From Pristiophorus japonicus (taxonomy: Eukaryota): a stretch of DNA of 64,000 bases. Both the position numbers and the translations under genes were made by a program. This document shows, piece by piece, positions 36,156-49,419 of this stretch. The stretch's first letter is position 1; each line of letters opens with the position of its first letter. A model generated the notes under the pieces. That model was not told the DNA's origin. It saw only the letters and a list, made by a program, of their open reading frames with translations, and made no database searches. The stretch is from the NCBI RefSeq assembly GCF_044704955.1, contig NC_091997.1, forward strand, positions 5,890,001-5,954,000. Direction: 5' to 3'.

Positions 36156-37666
36156 GTTACTCGCTGCTTGCACTCACCACCTTGCTGCTGTTGCTCCCAC
36201 TCTGTGGCAAATGCTGGTCCCATCCCCACCCCACTCTCCCTTTCTATCCCCCAAACCCCATTCCCCTGTCTTGATCACTCTCCCCGATCACCCATTCCCC
36301 ATTCTCCTTCTCTTTCCCTGAGCCCCCATTCCCCTTTCTGTCTGTTTTTACCCCCACTCTCAATTCCCGACTCTCCCCGGCCAGTTGGGAATCTCTGCCT
36401 GAGCTGGCACTGAGCAGCACCCAGTGACAAGCTCCATGGAACGCCGGCAAATGATTCTCATTAAAATTAACACGGTTTAAGATCATTCTGACTCCCATCC
36501 CCAGGCTAACAGTCGGTAACTACTCACAGCACCTCACATGTGTGTCGGCAAGGGATAAAACTGACAGCATGAAAATAATTGGATTCACTGATGACAAGTA
36601 GCAATAGAAGCAGCGCTTGGGAGAGGAATACCCGATTCCTGGAAACTCCTGGTCATTCCAGGAAGGTTGGGAAGCCGAGTTGGGAGTGTTACAACCACAT
36701 TACTTGTAGGGCCACCATTGCTGTTCATTTAATATCACAATTCACTAGATACTTAAAACATTGCAATGTTTTATCAATAAACTCAATTATATTCATTCTT
36801 TTAGTTCTGTCTAATGCCGAACAAGTTTATTACCTAAATTAGATGGCAGTCTTGGTTGAGGCACTCGTCCCTGAGCCAGAAGGAGTTGGGTTCAAGCCCC
36901 AGTCTATCGGACTCAGCACATAATTTAGGCTGACACTTCAGTGAGGGAATGCTGCACTGTAGGAGGTGCCATCTTTCAGATGGGACATTAAACTCAAGCC
37001 CCATCTGCCCTCTTGGGTGGAAGTAAAAGATCCCATGACACTATTCAAAGAACAGCTGCAGAATTCTCACAGATTCCTGGCCAACATTGGCCCCTCAACC
37101 AAACCCAACAAAAACAGATTATCTGCTCATTTCTCACATTGTGTGTGTGAGACTCTGCTCGTTGTAACATGTGCTGCTGCATGTGGCTACATTGCAACAA
37201 TGACCGCACTTCAAAAGGATTTAATCGGATGTGAAGCACTTTGAGATATCCTGAGTGCATGGAAGGTGCTATATCAATGCAAATTCTTGCTTTCTTTATA
37301 CAGAAATAATATATTTTTAAACATAAATTCGTGGAAAATAAAGCTGCGATGAGTTTCGAAAGAAATTATATATTTTATTATGAGATTCGCAAATACAACA
37401 AAAATATAATAAAATTCTGATGAATATAGAATCATACAGCATAGATGGATTCCATTCAGAGATTTGTACTTTAGTCCCACAATATACAACTTAAAATATA
37501 ACGCTCGTAATCAAGAAAAGATATTGTTAACAGAAAGCATTTTTCAGACATACAGAATGAACAGAATGAATCACTTATTTAGTTTTACACAAATTCACTT
37601 GAATCTCATTTCCACCGGTATAAAATTGCTCTGTGATGTGCGGCACAAGTTCACTGTAAATGAGTA

Positions 37667-38323
37667 TCAACAGTCCTCATTCCTTTCAGCCTGTGTCTTG
37701 TTCTCAACAACCAGGCCCCTGTCCTGTTTCTGTGCCTCTTTGCCTGGGTTTAGCCGGGGAGCGGTTGTTGTATCAGAGGTGATGTTGATGGGGACGGTTC
37801 GTCCATTCACAGCTGGCAGTGCCAGGCGTGGGGCTTGAACCTTTAACCGACCGTCCTGTGACAAACAGCAGTTAAGAGCTTGAGCATCGACATCTTCTGG
37901 CAGCTGAAATTCTCTCCTGAACTCTTCATATTTGTAAGAGCCGCTCCCATCATCACTTTTCTTCTCGTGCTTTCCTGTGACCAGTACTTTTCTTCCAAGT
38001 ACTTTCACCTTCAGTTCTTCTGGGGAGAACTGCTGAACATCCAGGGACAGAGAAAAGCCATCTCCATCCTTGCCCTCTGATTGGCTTTTACCGTCTTCAT
38101 TGTCATCAGGTCTGTTGTCCTGATATTTTGGTCTTCCCTCCCAGAATTCTTTGGCCAGCTCCCCAACAACTCGGTTCATGAAGTTCATGCTGTTTCTCAC
38201 TTCTTCCTCCTGTTCCCACCTGTTGCATTCAAACGGCTCAAAGACTGTGTGTGGGACAGGCCACAATGTGCACACAGGCTGCTGGCACAGACGTGAAGGG
38301 TGGACAGCCCGACAGCTCAGCAT
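37667..38323 (-). CDS. hsp30: Hsp30-like small heat-shock protein (copy 4; 6-nt in-frame deletion removing SY)
   Basis: Intact ORF; GSGSYKYEE versus GSGSYSYKYEE in the other copies. Confidence 0.92.
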   Translation of the reverse strand: MLSCRAVHPSRLCQQPVCTLWPVPHTVFEPFECNRWEQEEEVRNSMNFMNRVVGELAKEFWEGRPKYQDNRPDDNEDGKSQSEGKDGDGFSLSLDVQQFSPEELKVKVLGRKVLVTGKHEKKSDDGSGSYKYEEFRREFQLPEDVDAQALNCCLSQDGRLKVQAPRLALPAVNGRTVPINITSDTTTAPRLNPGKEAQKQDRGLVVENKTQAERNEDC

Positions 38324-38417
38324 TGTCTCTGCCTCTTCTATCACTTCTCACAAACACGACTGATGTGAACTCCCGGTCTTCAGTCTCTGATCTGCTACAG
38401 CACTCAGAACACCCGCC

Positions 38418-38586
38418 TTATATATTCCACTCCCAGAACTCCAGACACTTCCAGAATTAGCTCAACATTGCTGGGGTTATGACACGTGAGCAGAAAATAA
38501 CCGAGGTCTCATCTCAGCCTTGCTTTAAACAAGAATGACTGGGATTCAGTGACACCCACTGGTGCAATTCCAGAGACTTGTGGAAT
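38418..38586 (-). promoter_or_regulatory. HSE/TATA promoter of hsp30 copy 4
   Basis: Same motifs as the copy 3 promoter. Confidence 0.76.
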
Positions 38587-39191
38587 GTACTCACCCAGTG
38601 ACACCACAGGTGGGAGGGGCAAATGATTGACAGCCCAGAACAAGGCAGACTGTGTGGTAAAGGGGTGTTTGCTGAGAAGTGGATGTGTTCAATTTAGTGA
38701 ACGATCAACTAACATTGTGAGATAATGAAGAGTCGGTCAGTGACTTTCTAGCTCTGCTATTTTCAGTCATGTTCAAGATATTAAAGTGATATTTAACCAC
38801 AGCAGAGCAGAGTGATCAGAAAGAATGAAATTCAGATCAGTTTGGTTTAAATTAAGTGGTGTTCTGATTCTGCCCAATAGAGGGTCATTAATTCCCTTGT
38901 AATTTAATTAATTTGTGTGAGACTTATCTTCAGTTTACAGAGTTCAGACTTGTGGAACCGACAATTCAAAAGAGATGGATATAACTTTTACCCTCACGGG
39001 GTAATCCTTACTTTAGAACAATAACACGGGTACAAGTAACAATAATAGCATGTCTTACAGTTTATCTACTTTGCATTCAAGTAATTTTAAGCAAAAACCC
39101 ACGTGTAGCTAATACCAACGGTGGTCAGGTTCTCAGTGATCTACTCGGTGGCTCTCCACAGCCCCGTATCACTTTCTTCACAGCGCAAGTA

Positions 39192-39850
39192 CATCATCAT
39201 TATCATCATCAGAGGCAGTCCCTCGGAATCGAGGAAGCCTTGCTTTCACTCTAAAAGTGAGTTCTCAGGTGACTGAGGAGTCCAAGGCGGGAATCACAGT
39301 CTCTGTCGCAGGTGGGACAGACAGTGGTTAAAAGAAAGGGTGGGTGGTGAGTCTGGTTTGCCGCACACTCCTTCCACTGCCTGCACTTATTTTCTGCCTG
39401 CTCTCACCGCCGGGATTCGAGGTGCTCAGCGCCCTCCCGGATGCTATTCCTCCACTTATGGAGGTCTTTGGCCAGCGTCTCCCAGGTGTCGGTCGGCATG
39501 TTGCACATTATCAAGGAGGCTTCGGGTGTGTCCTTGAAACGTTTCCTTTGCCGAGCTGGGAGTTCCAAGTAGAACGCTTGCGTTGGGGTCTTGTGTCGGG
39601 CATACGAACAATATGGCCCGCCCAACGGAGCTTGTCGAGTGTGGTCAGTGCTTCTGACGTTGGCCTGATCGAGAACACTGACGTTGGTGCGTCTGTCCTC
39701 CCAGAGGATTTGCAGGATCTTGCGGAGACACCGTTGGTGGTATTTCCCGAGCGATTTGACCATAAGCTTGGTGCCAGATTTGAGGTGACCGAAGGCTGCG
39801 CTGGTGCACTGGAGGCAGTGTTGAACCTCGTCGCCAATGTCTGCACTTGC
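39192..39850 (-). mobile_element. RTE LINE 3' fragment
   Basis: (CAT)n tail; SLGKYHQRCLRKILQI; LRWAGHIVRMPD. Confidence 0.88.
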
Positions 39851-40183
39851 TGATAAATGCAAGTACTGCTAAAACTTGGCAACTGGCCCACTACGTGCGT
39901 GTGTTTTTCTTCACTTTCTGATTATCAATAGTCCTTTCATTAAAAGAAAAAGTAATGTCTGAGAAAAGGTTGTTTTCACCCAGCTTTATCGGGGCCCAAG
40001 TGGTGAGAATAGTCTGAAGAACGGTCGGTTGAATAGCTTTCCTTTTCTCACAGACACTTCCCAAGGTCTCCTTTCTGAAAAGCGGTCTTGCAGCTGCAGT
40101 ATTTCTCACCTGGCCTCGCCAGGTATACTGGGTTATCAGAATTTGGTCAGCTTTTAAGTTCGGCCATTTTAAAACACAGTGAC

Positions 40184-43100
40184 TGTCATATATCGAGACA
40201 TGTGATGTGCCACCAGAGGGCACTACTATGGGAAACTTGTACAGCAGCTGTATGGTCACTGAGGTGTGCCACCAGAGGGCACTGCAGTGGGAGACTTGTA
40301 GGTTACCTGTACAGGTGTGCCTGGCCTAGTATAAAAGGCAGGCCGCCATGTATGATCTTCACTCAGGAGTTATATTAAATGGACTTAGGTCACTACAGTT
40401 CAGGTGCAATACATTGCCTCGTGGAGTCATTATCAGAGCATCTAAAGACATAACAATTGGCGACGAGATTACGGACTATCACGCGAAAATGGCTACCCTT
40501 GGTACGTTGCAGCAGTTCGCCGATGGTGACAATTGGGATGCCTTTGTGGAGAGGCACGACCATTCCTTCACAACAAACGACCTGGCAGACGATAATTTGG
40601 ACACACTGGCTGCTCACCAGTTGTGGGCCCACCGTCTATGGCCTCGTCAGGGACTTGCTGGCACCAGCGAAGACAACGACCAAGACATACGAGGTGCTCG
40701 TAACTCTGATCCAAGAACAACTCAAGCCCAAGGTGAGCATCCTCACAGCCAGACACCGGTTTTATACCCACCGACGGCCCGAAGGCCAGGAAATCGCAAA
40801 ACATGCTGCAGACCTCAGGAGGCTGATGGCAACGTATGATTTCGGCGGACACCTCACCGAAGCGCTGTGGGATATCTTTGTCATCGGAATCGGCCACGAG
40901 GGCCTTCTTCACAGGCTACTGTCGGCGGATACCACAGTCACACTGCAGAAGGCCATCTCCGTGAGCCAGGCATTCATGACCTCGACCTGCGGCTTTAGGC
41001 AGATGACTCATCCTCAGGACTCAAACCCGGCAAGTACCAGCACAGCACCCGAGGCACAGAGCGCTCAGCACGACTGCGTGGAGATGATCCAGCTGAGACA
41101 ACCCAAACGCACCTTCATGGCTCCAGTGGCAGGACTCCGGAGGAAGAAAACCGGATCCAAAGGCGACTTCCCAGCATCGGTGGCAGAACCTGGGAAGAAG
41201 AGGATCACAGCAGTCGGCATCGTGGATGGAAGAAAGATGGCGCCCAAACCACGAGGTGAATCGCTGAAGAAAAAGATAGCGGCAGCCAGACCACGAGGTG
41301 CAGCGCTGATGGAGCAACACGTGGTACCAAGCGAAGAAGAGGATTGGGGTAAAGATAGCAAGGCTCCCATAAAGGAGGCCAGCAAACCACCACACTTAAA
41401 GGGACAGTCTACAGTCTCAATCAATGTAATAGTAACTGTGAATTCAATGTAAAGCTTGTAATTGATGATCAGAGTTTTATACGTGTAATAAGCAAAGAAA
41501 AGTCATGTGATTGCGATCGGAGCTACAGTTTATCTACAATAAGTAATGAAACGCTGTGCGATGTAGGATTTCAACAGTATTCAGATAATGTAGCGGGCAA
41601 ACACCCATCGGGAGCACACAAGTTCAGCGGGCTAACCAATGCTGTTGCCTGTGTCCCTGGGACCAGAGTGATGCACCACGGAGTGTGGCCAAAAGCGGCT
41701 AATATAGACAAGCTGCAGAGCACGCGATCTCAGGAGGGCAATGGCACCGGTATCGATACCCTGCCCCTGATCGGCTCCACCTCTCAGGCACCCGATGGCA
41801 CCAACCGCCACGAGCCTGAAAGAGCAAACTGTGCTAAGGCGCAGTCCCCAGACCCTATCGCCTCCAAGGCTACACCTGCAATGGTTCTCCCAAATGGGAC
41901 CGGGACCAGCCAGCATCCCAAACCAAGTAACGCCCAGGCAAGCGAATCATAGAAACATAGAAAGTAGGTGCAGGAGTAGGCTAGTCAGCCCTTCAAGCCT
42001 GCACCACCATTCAATATGATCATGGCTGAACATGCAACTTCAGTACCCCATTCCTGCTTTCTCTCCATACCCCTTGATCCCTTTAGCCGTAAGGGCCACT
42101 ACTAACTCCATTTTGAATATATCTAACAAACTGGCCTCAACAACTTTCTGTGGTAGAGAACTCCACAGGTTCACAATTCTCTGAGTGAAGAAGTTTCTCC
42201 TCATCTCAGTCCTAAATTGCTTACCCTTTATCCTTAGACGGTAACCCCTGGTTCTGCACTTCCCCAACATCGGGAACATTCTTCCTGCATTTAACCTGTC
42301 CAATCCCGTCAGAATTTTATATGTTTCTATGAGATCACCTCTCATTCTGCTAAATTCCAGTGAATATAAGCCTAGTCGATCCAGTGTTTCTTCATATATC
42401 AGTCCTGCCATCCCAGGAATCAGTCTGGTGAACCTTCGCTGCACTTCCTGAATAGCAAGAATGACCTTCCTCAGATTAGGAGACCAAAACTGAACACAAT
42501 ATTCCAGATGTGGCCTCACCAAGGCCCTGTACAACTGCAGTAAGACCTCCATGTTCCAATACTCAAATCCTCTTGCTATGAAGGCCAACATGCCATTTGC
42601 CTTCTTCACCGCCTGCTGTACCTGCATGCCAACTTTCAATGACTGATGTACCACGACACCCAGGTCTCATTGCACCTCCCCTTTTCCTAATCTGTCACCA
42701 TTCAGATAATATTCTGCCTTCCTGTTTTTGCCACCAAAGTGGATAACCTCACATTTATCTACATTATACTGCATTTGCCAAACATTTTCCTACTCATCTA
42801 ACCTGTCCAAGTCACCCTGCAGCCTCTTAGCATCCTCCTCACAGCTCACACTGCCACCCAGCTTTGTGTCATCTGCAAACTTGGAGATATTACATTCAAT
42901 TCCTTCGTCTAAATCATTAATGTATATTGTAAAGAGCTGGGGTCCCAGCACTGAACCTTGCGGTACCTCACTAGTCACTGCCTGCCATTCTGAAAAGGAC
43001 TCGTTTATTCCTACTCTTTGCTTCCTGTCTGCCAACCAGTTCTCTATTCACGTCAATACATAACCCCCAGTACCATGTGCTTTAATTTTGCACACTAATC

Positions 43101-44367
43101 TCTTATGTGGGACCTTATCAAAAGCCTTTTGAAAGTCCAAATACACCACATCCACTGGTTCTCCCTTGTCCACTCTACTAGTTACATCCACAAAAAATTT
43201 TAGAAGGTTTGTCAAGCATGATTTCCATGCTGACTTGAACCGATCCTGTCACTGCTTTCCAAATGTGCTGCTATTACATCTTTAATAATTGATTCCAACA
43301 TTTTACCCACTACCGATGTAAGGCTAACCAGTCTATAATTCCCTGTTTTCTCTCTGCCTCCTTTTTTAAAAAGTGGGGTTACGTTAGCTACCCTCCAGTC
43401 CATAGGAACTGATCCAGAGTCGAGAGAATGTTGGAAAATGACCACCAATGCATCCACTATTTCTCGGTCAGCAGTTCCCTGCGCACTGCTAGATGACTGC
43501 CCCTCAGGGAGCAGCAACGACCCGGGGCAGAAGGAAAGAACAGGGAGATCACAGGCATCTGTGAACTTGCCCTATGCTAGGAGCAACAGCATAGGCCCAG
43601 AGAGCAGGCAACTTGAGCCACCCGGGCCCCCACTGCCAGCACTGGGCACTGCGCCACCACCAGACTACCTGGACACCATCCAGCAGTTCTGGTACTAGCT
43701 TGTCCTCACGCACCGGTGCTGACACCAGTACTGAGTCCAACTATGTATCAAGAATGTATCTCACCAGTCAAGTGTACTTGCCTCACAACTGTACCACAAA
43801 TGTAATGATGTAAATGCAAATTAATTTTTTTCTGGACTTGAATGTATATGAATGTAACTAGCCACCAGCATAATCTATATGTGGGGCGGGGGTGGAGAGA
43901 ATGGAATGGTCATGGACTCACAAACAGAAACCACCAGCACCTCTACTGCCAACGAAACACCACCTACTCACCCAAGATGGAAACGACCCTCCAAGCGCCA
44001 ATCAGATAGAGCTAAGCCCAGAGCACAGTCGATGTATGAAGGCGATTTGCAACAAGGACTTAGGCGAGAGTGATGTCATGTATCTAGACATGTGTACTGC
44101 TTGTACTATTACATATGATGTGCCACCGGAGGGCACTACTATGGGAAACTTGTACACCAGCTGTAAGGTCACTAAGGTGTGCCACCAGAGGGCACTTCAG
44201 TGGGAGACTTGTAGGTTACCTGTACAGGTGTGCCTGGCCTAGTATAAAAGGCAGGCCACCATGTGTGATCTTCACTCAGGAGTTATATTAAATGGACGAA
44301 GGTCACTACAGTTCAAGTGCAATACATTGCCTCATGGAGTCATTATCAGAGCATCCAAAGACATAAT
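40184..44367 (+). mobile_element. Non-autonomous Gypsy-type LTR element (LTRs 40184-40455 and 44074-44367) with gag remnant and nested CR1
   Basis: TG...CA 5' LTR; PBS TGGCGACGAG (40458-40467), complementary to the 3' end of tRNA-Ser(GCU); gag-like ARHRFYTHRRPEGQ...LRRL...IFVIGI; no RT or integrase; TSD not recognisable. Confidence 0.88.
41948..43464 (-). mobile_element. 5'-truncated CR1 nested in the LTR element
   Basis: Tail catagaaacatag; ORFs 42040-42654, 42790-43035 and 43212-43517. Confidence 0.92.
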
Positions 44368-45404
44368 TTACAGCAAAAGAAAATGCTGTAGTCTTACATT
44401 TGCTCAGGTGCTTTGCTATGGGAATGTTTTGCTGACCAGTTTTCCGAGATGATGGAGTGATGGCTTTCACATTCCTACAGTCTGGAGGAGATGTTCCATG
44501 GACATTGTTTTGTAGCCAGAAATTACACGGTTTGATAATGTTTATAAGTCTATCATAATAAATAGTTTGGTAGTTACAGAAAATTCAGCCAAACACTGAC
44601 TGCCGGACAGACTAACGTTTCACCAGATGTGAGCATGAGGATATTTATATTCCAAGGGATACCCCACTCAATGGATGGCCCAGCCCACTGAGTTCCCTAT
44701 CTCAGGCAGCTTTCAGTGAACCTAATCCCCGATTGATCCCAAACTATCTCCCAGTGTAATTCTTTGTGCCGTAGCGAGCTTGAAATTTGTTGCTATATCT
44801 CTATTCTTGTTTCCTCCATGCCCGTCCCTAATCCTGAAATTAGTTTTTCATAAATAAGTAAAATTATATCATGATTCCCTTTTGTTATTCAGTATCCTAA
44901 AATCCGTTAACAACATAAATGCACATTTTCTTAAACAGGTTTCCGATGAGAACTGGTGATGAGGACAATAGTGAACCCCATGGCTGAATAACCTCCTGTT
45001 TAAGTCACTCCCTGCTTCTTTACTGGGAGGCAAAGATACTGAGAATTCAACTGAGCCATTGTCACAAACTAAGAATTCTGGGAGACAAAAGATCCTCGAT
45101 TGCATTTATTGTATAAACACAAAATCATCTGAGGCAGAGCTCCAGGTAGGCCCCTCCCACCTGTGATGTCACTCAGTCAGGACATGCCAGAAGTCTCTGG
45201 AATTGTGCCGCAATGTCATTGGGTGAAGTCATTCTTTCCTGCTCACCTGACATGAACCCAGCAATCTTCATTGTGGAAGTGTGTGGATTGCTGGGAGTGC
45301 AATATATAAGGCGGGTGTTCTGAGTTCTGCAGCAGATCAGAGACTGAAGACTTGGAGTCGACAGGATTCGGGTTTGAGAGAAGTGATACTTAGAACAAAC
45401 AGCC

Positions 45405-47721
45405 ATGGTGCTGAGCTTTCAGGTGTCCCAGTCTTCACATGTGAGCCAGCAGCCTGCAGTCACTCTGAGGCTGCTCCCACACAGTATCTTTGAACAGCTC
45501 GAACACAACAGGCCGAAAGCAGTGGTGGAAGCAAGGAAGACCATGTATTGGCTTCATGAGCTGCTGGCAAAAGGATTGTCGGAGCTAAGATCAAAATATC
45601 AGGACAATGGTACTGATGTCATAGAAACATAGAAACATAGAAAATAGGTGCAGGAGTAGGCCATTCAGCCCTTCGAGCCTGCACCGCCATTCAATGAGTT
45701 CATGGCTGAACATGCAACTTCAGTACCCCATTTCTGCTTTCTCGCCATACCCCTTGATCCCCCGAGTAGTAAGGACTACATCTAACTCCTTTTTTGAATA
45801 TATTTAGTGAATTGGCCTCAACAACTTTCTGTGGTAGAGAATTCCACAGGTTCACCACTCTCTGGGTGAAGAAGTTTCTCCTCATCTCGGTCCTAAATGG
45901 CTTACCCCTTATCCTTAGACTGTGACCCCTGGTTCTGGACTTCCCCAACATTGGGAACATTCTTCCTGCATCTAACCTGTCTATACCCATCAGAATTTTA
46001 AACGTTTCTATGAGATCCCCTCTCATTCTTCTGAACTCCAGTGAATACAAGCCCAGTTGATCCAGTCTTTCTTGATATGTCAATCCCGCCATCCCGGGAA
46101 TCAGTCTGGTGAACCTTCGCTGCACTCCCTCAATAGCAAGACTGTCCTTCCTCAAGTTAGGAGACCAAAACTGTACACAATACTCCAGGTGTGGCCTCAC
46201 CAAGGCCCTGTACAACTGTAGTAACACCTCCCTGCCCCTGTACTCAAATCCCCTCGCTATGAAGGCCAACATGCCATTTGCTTTCTTAACCGCCTGCTGT
46301 ACCTGCATGCCAACCTTCAATGACTGATGTACCATGACACCCAGGTCTCGTTGCACCTCCCCTTTTCCTAATCTGTCACCATTCAGATAATAGTCTGTCT
46401 CTCTGTTTTTACCACCAAAGTGGATAACCTCACATTTATCCACATTATACTTCATCTACCATACATTTGCCCACTCACCTAACCTAGCCAAGTCACTCTG
46501 CAGCCTAATAGCATCCTCCTCGCAGCTCACACTGCCACCCAACTTAGTATCATCCGCAAATTTGGAGATACATTTAATCCCCTCGTCTAAATCATTTGTA
46601 AACAGCTGGGGCCCCAGCACAGAACCTTCCGGTACCCCACTAGTCACTGCCTGCCATTCTGAATAGTACCCATTTACTCCTACTCTTTGCTTCCTGTCTG
46701 CCAACCAGTTCTCAATCCACGTCAACACGCTACCCTCAATCCCATGTGCTTTAACTTTGCACATTAATCTCTTGTGTGGGACCTTGTCGAAAGCCTTCTG
46801 AAAGTCCAAATACACCACATCAGCTGGTTCTCCCTTGTCCACTCTACTGGAAACATCCTCAAAAAATTCCACAAGATTTGTCAAGCATGATTTCCCTTTC
46901 ACAAATCCATGCTGACTTGGACCTATCATGTCACCTCTTTCCAAATGCGCTGCTATGACATCCTTAATAATTGATTCCATCATTTTACCCACTACTGATG
47001 TCAGGCTGACCGGTCTATAATTCCCTGTTTTCTCTCCCTCCTTTTTTAAAAAGTGGGGTTACATTGGCTACCCTCCATTCCATAGGAACTAATCCAGAGT
47101 CAATGGAATGTTGGAAAATGACTGTCAATGCATCCGCTATTTCCAAGGTCAACTCCTTAAGTACTCTGGGATGCAGTCCATCAGGCCCTGGGGATTTATC
47201 GTCCTTCAATCCAAACAATTTCGCAACACAATTTCCCGACTAATAAGGATTGCTTTCAGTTCCTCCTTATGAAGACGGTCAATGAAGACGGTAAAAGCCA
47301 ATCAGAGGGCAAGGATGGAGATGGCTTTTCTCTGTCCCTGGATGTTCAGCGGCTCTCCCCAGAAGAACTGAAAGTGAAAGTACTTGGAAGAAAAGTGCTG
47401 GTGACAGGAAAACACGAGAAGAAAAGTGATGATGGGAGCGGCTCTTACAGCTACAAATATGAAGAGTTCAGGAGAGAATTTCAGCTGCCAGAAGATGTCA
47501 ATGCTCAAGCTCTTAACTGCTGTTTGTCACAGGACGGTCGGTTAAAGGTTCAAGCCCCACGCCTGGCACTGCCAGCTGTGAATGGACGAACCGTCCCCAT
47601 CAACATCACCTCTGATACAACAACCGCTCCCCGGCTAAACCCAGGCAAAGAGGCACAGAAACAGGACGGTGGAAAGGATGAGGGGAACAAGGAAGAGGCG
47701 GAAGGAAAAAAGGACATTTAA
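45405..47721 (+). pseudogene. hsp30: hsp30-like copy 5 with divergent N-terminus, disrupted by an antisense CR1
   Basis: TATA at ~45302 and ATG at 45405 give MVLSFQ...SKYQDNGTDV; CR1 at 45622-47268; then NEDGKSQSEG...KKDI* to 47721. Confidence 0.88.
45622..47268 (-). mobile_element. 5'-truncated CR1 inserted in hsp30 copy 5
   Basis: (catagaaa)n tail; RT ORFs 45700-46455 and 46456-46992. Confidence 0.93.
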
Positions 47722-48039
47722 GACTCATTTACATTAATATTTTCTCATATATAAGAAACAATATATGCAGAAATTAGTTTAAGACAATGATATGAAGTCA
47801 CAATGCTAAACATTAATTCTTGTTTTTATCTTGTATTTCTGAAATTGTTCACTATGCCATTATTCACATTAGACGGTATTATAATTATATATGTGTATTG
47901 AGCCAATAAATATTTTGGAACAGTGATGTCCATGATTCACCTTGTTAACTTGTTAAATAGATAATATTACACAATTCAAAAACTAGCCACTTACTTCCTT
48001 TCACTCTCAGTAAAGGCACTCATTTGAATTTGGCTTAAC

Positions 48040-48750
48040 TTAGAAACAGAAACAGGATTCAAAAAGTTAGTATGCAGATAGAGCAAGTAATCAGGAAGGC
48101 AAATGGAATGTTGGTCTTTATTGCAAGGGGGATAGAGTATAAAAGCAGAGAAGTCCTGCTACAACTGTACAGGGTATTGGTGAGACCACACCTGGAGTAC
48201 TGCGTACAGTTTTGGTCTCCGTATTTAAGGAAGGATATACTTGCATTGGAGGCTGTTCAGGGAAGGTTCAGTCGGTTGATTCCGGGGATGAGGGGGTTGA
48301 CTTTTGAAGCTAGGTTGAGTAGGTTGGGCTTATACTCATTGCAGTTTAGAAGAATGAGAGATGATCTTCTCGAAACATATCAGATAATGATGGGGCCCGA
48401 CAAGGTGGATACAGAGAGGGTATTTCCACTCATAGGGGAAACTAATACTAGGGACATAGTCTCAGAATAAAGGGCCGCTCATTTCAAACTGAGATGAGAA
48501 GGAATTTCTTCTCAGAGGGTTGTAAATCTATGGAATTCTCTGCCCAGAGAGGTGTTGAGGCTGTGTCATTGAATATATTTGAGGCTGAGATAGACAGATT
48601 TTTGAGTGATAAGGGAATAAAGGGTTATGGGGAGCGGGCAGGGAATTGGAGCTGAGTCCATGATCAGATCAGCCATGATCTTATTAAATGGCAGAGCAGG
48701 CTCAAGGGGCCAGATGGCCTACTCCTGCTTCTATTTCTCATGTTCTTATA
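48040..48750 (+). mobile_element. CR1 3' fragment
   Basis: ORF 48072-48470 [13 protein letters not shown]. Confidence 0.88.
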
Positions 48751-49207
48751 TGTAAAGATCTGCCTCAGACTGAACTCAGTCCGGTAAAACGTGTGAAAAC
48801 ATTGTACAGACCCACTGCACCAATAGCTGAGTACATCTCTGTGCCCAGAGACATTCCCTGCAGCCTCACAATGACCAGCAATAACAGCCCATCTTCCAAC
48901 ACAGGCACCAGACGGCCCACCATTCATTTAGTGCATGGTCGTAACCCTTTCATTGGCGTTATCTGCTCAATATAAATAACTGGGAGGAAAAGCAAAGTTA
49001 CTTGCTGTGTAAGCATGTTTCTTAAAGTTTAAGTTAAATAGTATTACCAATCCTTCACCCTTCAGCCCTCTATCTTTAAGTATCAATGAGATCATAAAAC
49101 CATGCAATAGTACAGCACAGAAGGACATTTGGCCCATCGTGTCTGTGCTGTCTCTTTTGAAGAGTAATCTAGTTAGTCCCTTTCTTGCTCTTTCCCCATA
49201 TCCCTGC

Positions 49208-49419
49208 TGTTGTATATGGAGAAAGAGTCAAACTGAACACTGTGAGCTCAAAGTAAAGTGTTACCTTCGTCTTTTACTGCAGGTCTCCAGAGTACCTCTC
49301 CAACCTGTGAAGCCTCCTTCAATACCTGTGCTCCCAAGGGATTATGGGATCCCTTGGGACTCCAGGAGATGAGCCCTCTGGTGGCTGTACAGAGTAGATG
49401 CAAGTTTACCTATATAACA
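49208..49419 (-). mobile_element. Solo LTR (212 bp)
   Basis: TGTTG...TAACA termini; 5-bp TSD CCTGC (49203-49207 and 49420-49424); absent from the paralogous site at ~31217. Confidence 0.85.

Larger units (their letters stand above)
36871..48474 (+). repeat. Segmental duplication, copy 1 (matches 52398-64000, offset ~15,526-15,536)
   Basis: ORFs recur at the offset: 37667/53194, 40457/55989, 45405/60931, 47269/62795, 48072/63598. Confidence 0.95.

Noticed and set aside
39891-40259. 122-aa minus-strand ORF (187 aa in the duplicate)
   Set aside because: Crosses an LTR boundary, its length differs between duplicates, and it has no recognisable domain.
40179-44372. TSD for the 40-44 kb LTR element
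   Set aside because: Left flank gtgac does not match the right flank, and the 3' LTR lacks its terminal CA.
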